Shown piece after piece: positions 1 through 11,933 of a stretch of 64,000 nt of DNA (position 1 is the stretch's first letter; each line of letters begins with the position of its first letter). The position numbers and the translations under genes were made by a program. The stretch lies in assembly GCA_038496445.1 (NCBI GenBank), contig JALMLS010000056.1, positions 310,001-374,000 on the forward strand. The letters are read 5' to 3'. Source of the DNA: Trichosphaerium sp. ATCC 40318. Taxonomy: Eukaryota > Protista > Tubulinea. A model generated the notes under the pieces. The model searched no databases and was not told the origin of the DNA. It worked only from the letters and a program-made list of their open reading frames with translations.

Positions 1-2590
1 GCTCTAATTCAAACGATGTTTCTTGGGTTTTCTTACTTTTTCAGGTTGATCATATGAATGAGTATGCGAAGATACATTCAGATAAAAACAAGCAGAATAT
101 GCCTCGCGAAACGCTTCGTAATTTAGAAAAACTTGTACGCTGATTTGTTAGATTGTGTATCCTGAGTGGTTCTAACTATTTCCTTCAAAGGTTCTCGCTT
201 CATACCGCCTTGTAAAGATTCTTGTCATAGCGGATGAACGTAGTATAAACGAGGTATGTAAAGATTACTCCATCCAATCCACTTACAGTACTTTCTAGCA
301 TATCCATGCAGCAAATGATGCGTGTGATAAGTTATATGAAGATAAAGTAATTGGTCAAGTTGAGATACTTAACAAAGATAAAGACTTGCTTAAAGTATGT
401 TCTTTTGGACCCTTTTTTTGTTGTATACAAACTTATCACGTGATTTTTAGGTTTATTTTCCTGTACCCAAATCTTGTATTTATCTTGACAGAGAGTTTGG
501 AGCTCAAAAACTTCAGAGTTCTTTAGATGATGAACTTATTACGCACATTTACTCTACAAGTAACTGGTATGCTTATTATACCTAACTTATCTTGTATTTT
601 TCTTGTTTAACAGTTAATACTTTAGGCGTAATCCAGTGTCTAAATTACGAGCTTATGTCCAGTGGGCAGCTGTGCTGCTACTTAATTTAGTACGTCTTTT
701 TTATTATTATTATATTCTTGTGATTATTCTACAGGAAAATCTTCGCTTCTTTCATAAGCTGCGACTTGGAAAACTACTCAAATTCTTTGAAATACAACGT
801 ATCATAGCATTCACCATAGCGTTACTCATAAACTGTCTCTTGATTGCATTCCTGAACGAAGATAATGACTTCAGGTACCTCTTTTATTGTTGTTATCATG
901 TTGATAAATTTGTAGATATGTGGGCGTTCAGTGGGCAGTACGTATACTGGGTATAATACATATACTCAGTGCTGGTATTTTATTCCTATCATTTGTGACT
1001 CACAAAGGATTTCTGATAGTAAACAAGCGGTGAGCCACTAGGTTGTTCTTGTTTTTTTCTTACACTTCGTTTAGGTGGATGAGCGAAGTAAGAAAGGATC
1101 GATCTGTTGCTGAAAATGTACTCATGAGTTCTAAAGATAGACGAGTATGTCCACGCAAATAGCAATACAATATTATCTTTAGACCTTTTTGACCTCAGTT
1201 CTTTTTCGAAAGAATTGGCTTTTGTTTAAGCTTCCCTTTGCTTATCATTGAATAGAAATTCTTGATAGAAAATAGAGGAATCTGTTACTATATGACAAGA
1301 TCTATTGGTCATTTCTTCGTCTCTCCTTTGACTATTTACTACCTTTTGTATTTTGCGACAAGTCTACTAGGTACAGAGTTATCTTATGGCTTTTATATCA
1401 AAATCAGTTTGTACTAATGTTACTCAAAAGGTTCTGCTGTAAATCCGTTCTTCTTTGCTTTTCATTTGTTTGATATAATCAATTGGAGCGACGAACTCAA
1501 AAGGATTGTCAAAGCGCTTACGTTCAATACAAAGAAACTCTTACTACTGGTATGTTCAATAATCATTAGAGTCACTATACTCTAAGAGAGTTAGTCATAA
1601 CTGACAGTCTTTGTTCACTTTTGTTTCTCGAGTTCCATAGAGCGCTTTCTTACTTACTTTTTTTGCCTTTAGCTTATATTAATCGTATTTGTAAACTGGG
1701 CATTTGCAATTGTTGGATTTCTGTGGTTACAAGATACTTTCGATTCAGCGAATGGAGCATTTTGTGATTTTCCAGTACAATGTCTCATATCGTGCCTGCA
1801 GTATGGGTGCGTGTATTCGACTACCTCTAAATGTGTTAAAGTCTGGCTAACTGTATTGGACGTATAGAGTTGGCATGGGAGGCGCATTGATGGAATTCCA
1901 GACGCCTATCAGTTGGGGACCGAGAAGTGCTTTGTTGTTTTGGTTTAACGTGTTCTACTTTTTGACGAACGGCATGTTGCTCCTCAATGTTATTCTATCG
2001 ATTATTGTCGATCCTTTCGGGCGTACGTCATACAAATACATGAAACGACAACAAAAGTTGTTCAGCCTAAAGAGGCTAGAAAGAGTTCCTTTTGTTAGAT
2101 ACAGATCTGTTTCTTATTTTTTTCTTTCCTTTAGAACTTGAAGGAAAACAAGAGTTTCTTGAAGAAGATAAGTTTCATAGATGCTTTATATGTTCTCAAG
2201 AGCGACAAGATTTTCAAAAGAGAAGTAGACGTATGTACAAACACCGAACTCACTAAACACACCTTGATACTAACTGTCGATTATAGATGGAAAAGGAAGA
2301 GGTTTTGACAGCTTTTATCGTCATGTTAATGAAGATCATAACCACTTTCAGTACATTTACTACTTCGAGTACTTAAAGTTTGCTAAAGATGACCAACTTG
2401 ATGACGTTGACAAATATGTCATAGATCAGGTACGAACAGTTGAACACTTCGAGAAATTTTGTAAGCAACAATGGTCGTGACTTCTTTTTAGGCAAAGAGT
2501 GGCGAGTTGGTAACACGTGTGCTACCAATTGGACGTGCTTGCGCACTTGAACAACGTAGTATAGCTGTTGAAGACAATGACCAACAATAA
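1..2590 (+). CDS. ITPR: Inositol 1,4,5-trisphosphate receptor / ryanodine receptor family Ca2+ release channel, 3' part (5' end outside window), multi-exon
   Basis: Spliced translation gives a TM region, then a pore helix CLISCLQYGVGMGGALMEF, S6 LLLNVILSIIVDPFG, the C2H2 linker RCFICSQERQDF...HVNEDHNHFQYIYYFEYL and DDVDKYV. These match the IP3R C-terminus. Stop TAA at 2588-2590. Confidence 0.9.
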
Positions 2591-2800
2591 AGAGTTTTGA
2601 AAACTAAATCAGTTTATTTGAGAGTATATCAAAAGTGCCTCTATTCCTAGGTAACAGAATAGGACAGTAGCGACCACTACGCAGTCACATAACGATGTTT
2701 CACGTGATACAACGTAGTAAGCTAAATTAGGTTTGTCTAAAATAGCATTCCTTGTAACGAATGATGTATGTAGTGTTTTGTTTTGTTTATTTTTGGATCT

Positions 2801-5800
2801 TTACATTATTGAACATTTTTTGTCTACCTTGTCATTCTTCATAATACACTCTTCAATAACCTTTCCTTCATAATCCCATCTCTTATAGTCTCCCTCTCTT
2901 TTATCATTAACATAATTGCAAACAATTTCACGTTTTCCACCTCTGAAGAACACTTCATACTTGCCTAACAAAAAAAAACCACATAAGCAACTGAAGCACA
3001 CATGTGTGCTTTAAACACAAAGAAAACAAAACAAAACCAAAAAACAAAAACACCATCTCAACATCATATAGAACGCCTTTTGCGCTGGTTTGTCATACAC
3101 ATGAAGCAGACACGTGGAGTAAAACAAAAAAAACGCAAAAAAGTTTCAAGTTTCTACGTACCGTTGATCATGCCAAGTGTCTTATGACATCTTGTAAAAG
3201 GTGTACCATCTTCCCACAAGAACTCATAGTCACCATCTTCCAGATCATTAATATACTGACACTCAACCTTCTTTTGACCACCCTCATAGTAAGATACATA
3301 ATTACCATGTAGAATACCATTTTTGAAATGACAAATCTCCCTAAGGTCTCCATTTTTATACCATCGACGCCATTCACCACGTTTTCTTAATTTTCTATTA
3401 AATCGTACACTAGCCGTAGATTTACATAAAAGAGGCCAGTTCCTGTAAATATTGCTATCCCAGTCCCATATAGACCAGAAGAGCTCAGCAGGCAAAGTGA
3501 GCAACCTTAAACAGAACGTCAGTAAGTCAGGCTTTGACAGAAAAAAAGTTGATGTTGAAAGCTGACTTAAGTGGGGTTGACTTACGAAGGTGTTTTTAGC
3601 TTTAGTCTACGTGCTGAGCTAGGTGATAAAGGTTTAGCTTTAGCAGCAGTTGTTGATACGTCTTCTCCATGAGCTACAATTGTTTCAGAGTTTTCTTCAC
3701 TGAAAAATGCTTCTTCGTCTGATTCGTATACTGCTGCTGGCTTCTTGTCGGTTTTCTTTTCCTTTGTTACAACAGCGGCTTTGTCTTCATCAGCAGATTC
3801 TTGCGCTTTAGCCTCTTCCTCTTTTTTATCACCTTCTACAACAGTGCTTGATGCTACTTGTGTAGTGTCTTGTTCGCCCTGTGTGGCGTTGCTTGCAGCT
3901 ACTTGCTCTTCTGCACGTCTTGCAGCTTCCTCGGCTTCCGCCTTACGTGTGGCTTCGTCTTCCTCAATTTTACGTGCTGCTTCTTCTTCTGCCTTTCTTG
4001 AAGCTTCTTCCTTTGCAGCCTCTTCTGCTGCCAGTTTTGCAGCTGCTTCCTGTCTGCTAGCTTCCTCTTCTGCAACTCGTGCTGCTTCAGCTTCCTCTGC
4101 TTGTACTCTTGCAGCTTCTTCTGCTGCAGCTAAAGCGGCTTGTACAGCTGCCGCCTTTTCAGCTTCTTCTGCGGCCAGGTTTGCAGCTGCCTCTCTGATA
4201 GCTTCCTCTTCTGCGGCTCGTGCTGCTTCAGCTTCTTCAGCCTTTTTTGTGGCTTCTTCTTCTGCTGCAACTCGAGCAGCTTCTTCTTCAGCCTTCCTTG
4301 CAGCTTTCTCTTCTGCTACAACTCGAGCAGCTTCCTCTGCTTCTTTCGCCGCTTCTTCTGCTTCAACCTTCTTTTGTTCAAATTCCTTTTGTTCTAATGC
4401 AGAACGCCATACTGACTGAATCTCTGTAACATTCTTTTTTTGTTCTTCAAGCTTATTGGCTTCAACAGTACCTCTCCAACATGCCTTTAATACAAACAAT
4501 TAAAATCTCATACCAGACAATTAACACTAAGGTGAAGCTCTTACCTGTATTTTTACAACATCGTTCTTTGCGTTTTGGAAATCACCACGTGCTTTGAATC
4601 CACGCCACGATTTCTACAATCAAACGTCAGATTTTTTTTGTCCTTTGTGCAAGTGTAAAACGTACTTGAATGGCTACAGCAGCGTTTTCGTTCCTTTTTG
4701 AGTCTTCTTCCTCTTGTTGTGCTTTAGCTGCTTCTGCATCAGCATCTGCATCTGCTTCTGCTTCTGCTTCTTCTTCTTTAGGTAGTTCAACTGGAATGTC
4801 TTCCACAGTTGCTTGAGGTTCAATTGCGCTATCGTCAACGCGTTCTGGTGCAACTTCTTCTGGTGATTGTGTATCTTCCTTTTCATCTACCACTGCGTTT
4901 TCTTCTACAGCAATTGCTGGTTCTGTAGCAATTGCAGAGGCATCTTCTACAGCAGTAACGGAAGCTTGCATGTCAATATGATCTAGAACGCCGTCTTCGT
5001 CGTCTTCTACTTGCGGTGTATCTTTTGTGTCGGTTACTTCATCAGCGATCTGTGCCGTTTCGTTTGTGTTCACATTATCTTCTTGTGCATTATCGTCTGC
5101 TTGTTCGGCCGTTTCTGGTTCTGGTGGGTTTGATACGTCTTCAACAGCCTCATTTGCTTCTGTAGACTCTGTTGGAGAAGCAGGAGGCGCACCAAAGAAG
5201 ATATCAGTGTCTAACACCTTGGCAGTGCTAATTTGAGGTGTTCCACTTTTATTAGCATTTCCGTCCTTTGGGGAGTCAATAGAAGGCTCTTCTGTAGGTA
5301 GATCCTGTTGAAACATAAACGCGTTGGTTTTTTTTTGAGTAAACTTGAAAATGGTTGAAGAGTTTTTGACGTTAAGCTGTACTTGATAAAGTGGAAAAAG
5401 TATTAACGTACATCTTGGTCTTCTTTTACATCGTCTTGTGGCGGTTCGGGTATTTCGGAGAGGTTCATCTAAATTTGGTTCAACAAAGGTTATAAATGTT
5501 TTAGAGTGGCGTAAAAGGTAGTATACCTCTTTAAGTATGATATCTATTACTTCTTTGAAGAGAGATAAATCGTCAAGGTTCGCTTTCGCGCCAATGAGAA
5601 AATCTAGTCCTTCTTCGTATTGGTTCAACTCAACGCACGCTACACGAGATTAATTACACTTTTGATTGAAGTGTTTAAGAGAAAGGCATTGAAAAACTTT
5701 CTGTACCCTCAGCACCACGGAAGTAACCCTGAGATAGTGGTGAGAAGAGTTTTTATTAAGTTTTTGCGGTTTTACCTTTATCCACTTTTGATCGCGTTCA

Positions 5801-6144
5801 AGAGCTCTATTAGCATCTTCCTTCGCTTCCTTGTACTTTCCGCCTTTATGATACGCCAAAGAGCGATTTGTGTAAAGAGCTACAATGTCTGGTGTTTGGC
5901 CTATCGCTTTACTGTACAGCGCTGCTGCCGTAGAGTACTGACCGCTTAGAAACGCTATAACAGTACAAAATCAGAAATAGTTCTTATCGAAAAAGATCGC
6001 GGTTTTTTCTTCGCGTTGTGGGTATTCTACACGCGTAGAGTAACACGAACCTTTGTTGCCTCGGTCTCTAAATGTTGCCGGTTGGCCACTGGTTCTCTTT
6101 TTTCTCTTCTTAGAGCTGGAACGTCTTGTTCTGGTTCTTGACAT
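2801..6144 (-). CDS. Chimeric protein: TPR domain, acidic disordered linker, IQ-like motifs, Glu/Ala/Lys/Arg-rich helix, F-box-like motif and MORN-variant repeats
   Basis: ATG at 6144. TPR: RDRGNKAFLSGQYSTAAALYSKAI...LYTNRSLAYHKGGKYKEAKEDANRALERDQKWIKGYFRG. IQ-like: AAVAIQ|KSWRGFKAR and EIQSVWRS. An in-frame GT-AG intron at 3585-3506 joins ...KTPS to LLTLPAELF. An intron at 3161-2965 joins the last MORN exon, which ends at 2801. Confidence 0.75.
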
Positions 6145-6313
6145 GTTTAACTGTAATAAAAACCTTCTCGCTAGTTACGGCTTAGTCCTCAAAGCTAACT
6201 TATCAAGCTATTTTAGTATGACACGACACAATTTTATATAGTCATTGGAGCATAGATGAGTAAATCTACGGCTCGTACAAATGTTTACAAAAAAAAAATT
6301 CGTTTTTTCGGCT

Positions 6314-6885
6314 CTACTTCATAAGGCCTTGTACAAACTTGCGAATATCGCCTTCTGGTATGTTTCCTTTAAACTCAGATACAACTTTACCTTTGCCTAA
6401 GTACTCGTAAGCCAATTACTTTTAAAATGACGTACTGTATGCAAAAATGGCCGGTATAGAACTAACTTTAAGCGTACTAACGATTCCTTCGTTATCAGAG
6501 TTTGAAACATCAACTGTCAACAGTTAAATCAATTGTGAACAGTAAAATCGGTACCCTTGGCTAACTCTACTGCGCCATCTGTCTCTTGAATGACTTTCTC
6601 GAGCTTTGGAGCAAGAGCTTTGCAAGGACCACACCAACTAAAACAGTTAGCTTGTTACGCTGTCTGACCACTTTAGAAAGCTAAATCAGCGTACTCTGCC
6701 CAAGCGTCCAGTATTACAATTTTTTCGTTTGATTTTTCCACTACCTCCTTATCAAAATTGCTGGCATCAACATCTGTGCCGAAATTTCTAAAAGGACGCC
6801 TAACAGCTCTGATTTTTGTTTGTTGGTGGGATTTTGTTGCGACCCTTAGTCTAGCAGTACGAGTGGTAGCAAAACGGGCAAGCAT
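6314..6885 (-). CDS. Thioredoxin, probably mitochondrial
   Basis: Arg-rich N-terminal presequence with no acidic residues (MLARFATTRTARLR...). After splicing the active site reads DAWADWCGPCKALAPKLEK. Confidence 0.9.
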
Positions 6886-7104
6886 TGTTGTTTTTACTGT
6901 TGTAATGTGGTTTTAACTGACAAATTGCTTAACGCACAATGACTTATACGTAATGTCGCTACAGCGGACTTTTAAGCGTAGAAATTGCGTAATAAACGTG
7001 TGTAAATCTTTTTATTTTAGGAAAATTAACATCTCGCGTGGTGTTGTAGTGTATCTCCATGCTGAAATGCTAGGCACTCACCTTGTTGTTTTAATGCAAA
7101 ATAA

Positions 7105-10100
7105 TCAAATAGTAAGCGTGTCAGGCATCAACATGCTCTTCGTTCCTTTTGGAAAGAGTAAGTACTTACTAGTTCAACGTTATTTTTAACAAAGTGTTTT
7201 TACCTTGAACAGAGCTTCCTGGTACATCTGGGATATATTCTATAGATGAATGAGTTGGAGTGGTGGTTGGGATGATGTAATAAAAGAAGGTGAATACGTA
7301 CTTGGTTCAGGAAAAATTGTACCATCCGCTTTGACCTCTACAGCACGTGGTTAGCTTGGTACAGAAATTTGGGATTTTTTGTTACTAAGTGTACCTAAAG
7401 GATAGCACATGAGGTGGCTGGTCATTTCAATAACTTCGTCCTCCTCGTAAAAGAGTTTCAGATTTTTGGAAGCTGTTTCTTGGACCTTTGCTAAACAAGA
7501 ATCTCGTTCAGGTGTCAGGAACTCAGCAACTGATTCCTAAGCGGTCATTAAGTTTAAGTATCACGTCATTAGACATACACCAAGATGTTCAGCCCAGAGG
7601 CTCATTCTAAACTTGTGGATATCCCCACGTGGTGCAGATCCAAAATAATTTGGTTGCCAAGAAGCAACAGCTATTTCAGTATCCCTAAAGGGTGAGTACA
7701 ACTGAATTACAATAAAATAAGCATCAATACCTGTTTCCACCCATACTTCTTTGGTTTATGTTGGCAGATCCTTATTGGTTTGAGTACAATGAAGAAATAA
7801 CGAAATACATACCAACAGAAATAAATTCGTCATCTATTATCATCATCTTTGAATGAACATACACTTGAAATCTTCTCGATTTATGAACGTTTTTAACATA
7901 GCTTAAACCAAGTGTTACTAATTTTGTTGTACTCTAAAATAACCGTACTCTAAATCGCTTTCTAGTGCAACAGTAGAATCATCTGTTGGTTTCTCTCTAT
8001 AATGAGGTGTGAGAAGAATAAAACAAGAATGATAAAGAGCTGCAATCAATCTTACCTGTTTCCAAGGCAGTAAATTGTCAAGTAGTCTTCTGGTGTTTTG
8101 ACGGATTCTGCCTTCATCAAGGCTTTTGCTATGATATCGTACATCATTTGGAATGTGCACCACTGCCAATAAAGAATTTCTTTTATCGCCACATCTGAAG
8201 GTAGTCCTGAGTTTTGGTTAGATTTCTAGCCAACAAATGGGTTTTTGCTCACCTTCTGGATAAAGAGGTACAAGCAAGTATACTTTAAAATCTTCTCCCG
8301 TTTCAATAGAACGCACTACACGACGAGCTATTTCGATTGGGATTCTAAAGAGACCCTTAGTTATGTCAATACAAAATAAATAAGCTTACCTGTGTTTTCC
8401 TGCTTGGCTCTTATCACCTCCAATCCAATGCTGCGAGCTTCCAAGAAAGTACCTACAAGCGATTGTTAGTTTATTGAATTGCAAAAGAGTGTTCGTACTG
8501 TGTTTCAATGTAGATGAATCTCTTTGCAGCACGAATAGCAGTGACATAACCTTCTTCAATTGTTTTTTCGATACCTATAATTTTAGTACTCGAATACTTC
8601 ATTTAAATGACACTAACCTGGTACAGTTGCTGAGGTTTCGTCTATTGAACGCCTAAGTTTGAAGAGTTAAAGCAGTTCTTTAAAAAATGCACGTGCTTAC
8701 CATAGTTGACAATTATAAAGGTCTTCATTAGTGTCACTTAATAGTGCTTTCTCCTCTTTTAACGTTAAAAACATATTATCATCTTTTATATTAGCTAGAT
8801 TTTTGAGCATTGTGTTGGCTTGTTTCTCCCATCTTTGCTCAAAATTTTTTAATACATCTCTTGCAATTGGGCCGTATAGCTACACTCTCAATAAGAACAT
8901 CAAAACGAGTACACTAATCTACTGGTCAACCTTGCAGTGAATATCTTGCCAAGGTTGTCGAGGACCATCTGCCGCACACACGCTCGGCCACGTGGTATAA
9001 AAATCTTCTTTGTGTTCTTTTTGGAGGCTTCTGAATAACGATTTCCTTGGTGTATCCCACCTTGGGTAATGGTAAACAAAAACCAAAAAGGAAAAATAGA
9101 AAAAAAAACAGAAAAAAAAAACCGAACCTTCCACCCGTAAGATCAAGTCCACCAACGTATGCAACTATTCTAGAACGCTCTTTATCATCTACGATAACAG
9201 TTTCATCGGCCATAACTGTTTTTTGGTGATGGCTAAACATCAGTACACTTCCAACCTTATTTCCTGGATCAAAAATTAATGAAAAATACTTTGCTAAAAG
9301 TTTCCCGTACCCATTCTGTACGATTTTTTGGCGATTACTTTTGTACCCTTAAAATAACTTAGTACTGCTTCGTCACCTGTACTAATAACACCACTGAACT
9401 TTGTAACGCTCAAATCAACAGAAGTGAGTTCATCCCATACATGTACAAGCACAGAAACGCCCTAATGTTGTTCTTAAAATCTGGAGAAAAAAAAATACGC
9501 GTCACGTGACTTGTATACCTCTTCAGCTTTTTTAATGAGCATCTCACCCAGTGTTGGTACGTCTCCAAGCTCTTTTTCGCCTGTTTGTAGTTAAGAGCTT
9601 CAGTGGAAATAAAGGTTTTGATACCGATGCGTGGGCGCCTCAACAAGCGAATCGTTGGTTGCACAGACCATCCAGTGATGTACACGAATTTTTTCGCGTT
9701 GATAATTGTGCTAAACAAATTGTTTGTCTCACTGGCATTTGCAGTTGAATGTTGTACTTGTAAATGTCCTCATAACATCTTCCTATAAATAGTGTTAAAG
9801 TAGTCTTGTTTCTATAAGTACATACCAGGAACGTGAGGATCAGCATCAGGGTCTTGTTGATAAATTGGTTTAAGGTCATCTGTCTCGTCAACATGTGCGC
9901 TCTGATATAAGAGAACCTTGCACTTGGGAACAGTTAATTTATACTCACGCTCAGTAATTCTTGAAAGCACCTTTTTGCGCAAAGGCATCGGACATCTGAA
10001 GACCTATATATTATTTAAATAAACTGCGCTGATAAAGAAATGACGCTTATGTACCTCCCAGCCAGGGTAAACGAGTTGTACGGAGAATGTCAAATGTCCT

Positions 10101-10876
10101 CCTTTTCTTCCTTGTTTACGATGCGTGAGTGGCATACTCTCGTATGATAGCAAGTGATCGGCGTTTAATTTAGCTAGGAGATCAGTAAAATACCTAAAGA
10201 AAGAAAAAAGTGTACCTGATTGTGAGATTTTTGCAAATTCGAGCTGGAAAAGCCCCAAGTCGTCAGAAGCAGTAAAATCTTCATCACAAACTTGAAGAAT
10301 AAGGTGCTTATAGTTACCGTGGAGATCAACGATAACATCTTTAGCGTGGCTTTAAGTTAGTTTTGTTTTTTTACTTTAGGATCCCGATAGATGTGTTTTG
10401 TACCTTCCTGTCATAAAAGTGTAAGTAATTAAATAGAAAAACAATTGTTCAAGATATCTTTTTGTTGTCATTTTTTTTTGAAAAACAAATAGTACTTACG
10501 TTCCACTCCGGTGATAACTCATCTGCTATTGTCTTTGTTTTACCTAAAGGTTTGTTAATAATGTTTAATCTGTCCGTTAGTTCTTTTATTGTTGCGCTTA
10601 CCGACTAGCTTGCCGTCAACGAGTATCTGCACGTAAGGGTCACTTGCTCCGTTAAAGTCGGCATTGTGAAGGTCGTCAGCGCTTCCCACGTGAACAATTA
10701 ATTTACCAGCGAAGTACTCTGACGCAGTCTCTACAAAGGAAACGGCGTGAGTAGTAGTTTTTTGGTGAAAAAAAGTCGATAAAGCGCCGTTCTAGTCTTT
10801 GCCGTTATACAAAACTGATTTGTTTTATACCTTCACCAACTTTCTCGTAGGACCTACGCGACTGTAAGCAACCCAT
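7105..10876 (-). CDS. PLD: Phospholipase D with N-terminal C2 domain (plant PLD alpha/delta-like)
   Basis: C2: GASDPYVQILVDG...KTKTIADELSPEW. Core motifs: AKKFVYITGWSV, HKD1 SHHQKTVMAD, AYVGGLDLTGGR, GPRQPWQDIHCK and HKD2 YVHSKMMIIDDE...GSANINQRSMGG.RDTEIAV. C-terminus MPDTLTI*. N-terminus MGCLQS. Confidence 0.93.
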
Positions 10877-10997
10877 TGTTGAGTCATTCAATCTTGACTA
10901 AAAGAGACTAAGTGTCAATATCTTCGCGTTCCACTTGAACAGGAACGCATTTTTGTGGTCAACAGAATTTAGTTTTATAATATCTTGGGTTGCTACT

Positions 10998-11596
10998 ATG
11001 CGTGTCCATTGGGATGTCGCATTTCTTTTCTTGATTAGTGTTATTGTTGTTCAAGTACGTATTAAATGCTTCTTTTGCGTGTTTGCGCACAGCTGAGCGA
11101 AATTATAGGCGTTTAGCAGCGCAAAAGAAAATGGGTTCGTTTCTTCGTGCAACGAATGCGCTACCGCACCAAACACAACCAGCCTTACAGAGAATTGTTG
11201 TAAATCAGCCGATGACAAGGTTAGTAGTAAAAACAAACTACAATTGTACTAAAACTATAAGCCTTATTGCCGCTTGAATGAATTTTCAGAGTGTTGCGGA
11301 TGTGAAGGCCCCACATGCTATTTATGTGGTAGCGACGATATTTGTGTTAAATACTGGGATGGATTCTTTTGTGGGCAGTTATGGGAGATAATAGGTGCGT
11401 CAGCGTTATAGAAACAAAAAAAAAAACCTTACTTGCTGTTTCTAGTTACTGGATTGGGTTCTTTTCTATTCTTTACATTACTATGTGTTGGCCTAGTACT
11501 TATAATATGCTGTGCATACGTACGTTAACTACTTTCTTCGGTTTGTACTCTAAAAAATACAACTTGTTGACAAAAATCGTTTAGAAAAAGGATTAA
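10998..11596 (+). CDS. Small Cys-rich type I membrane protein (not visible in the ORF track)
   Basis: Five short exons: signal peptide MRVHWDVAFLFLISVIVVQA, Cys-rich CNEC...CCK...CCGCEGPTCYLCGSDDICVKYWDGFFC, TM VTGLGSFLFFTLLCVGLVLIICCAY, then KKD*. One junction near 11220-11292 is ambiguous. Confidence 0.65.
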
Positions 11597-11933
11597 TTTA
11601 CTGTCTCTTTATGAGTGCTAAAGTACTCAAACTGCCAATCGCGATTTCCCACTAAGGATGCACTTTTTACCAAAGTGCAATGTGTCGCTTATATTTAAAT
11701 GTCAAATAAAATTTTACACTTTCTTTTATAAAGCTAGTTTTGCGAGCTCGAACAAGGTGGGATGTGACATATGGGTGAACTCTGTAACTCATTTAGAAAA
11801 TCCTTTTCATCCCAGTGCCGAGATTGCTCAGATTCTTCTAACGCGGAACGAGCTTTAGTGGTTGAATAGGTACTACAGACGCGATTACAGTGCACATTGA
11901 CGTTTAAAAGACTTAGCAAGACGCCTTTGCACT

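Noticed and set aside
3745-4429. Ala/Ser- and Leu-rich plus-strand ORFs
   Set aside because: They are the antisense shadow of the Glu/Ala-rich exon on the minus strand.
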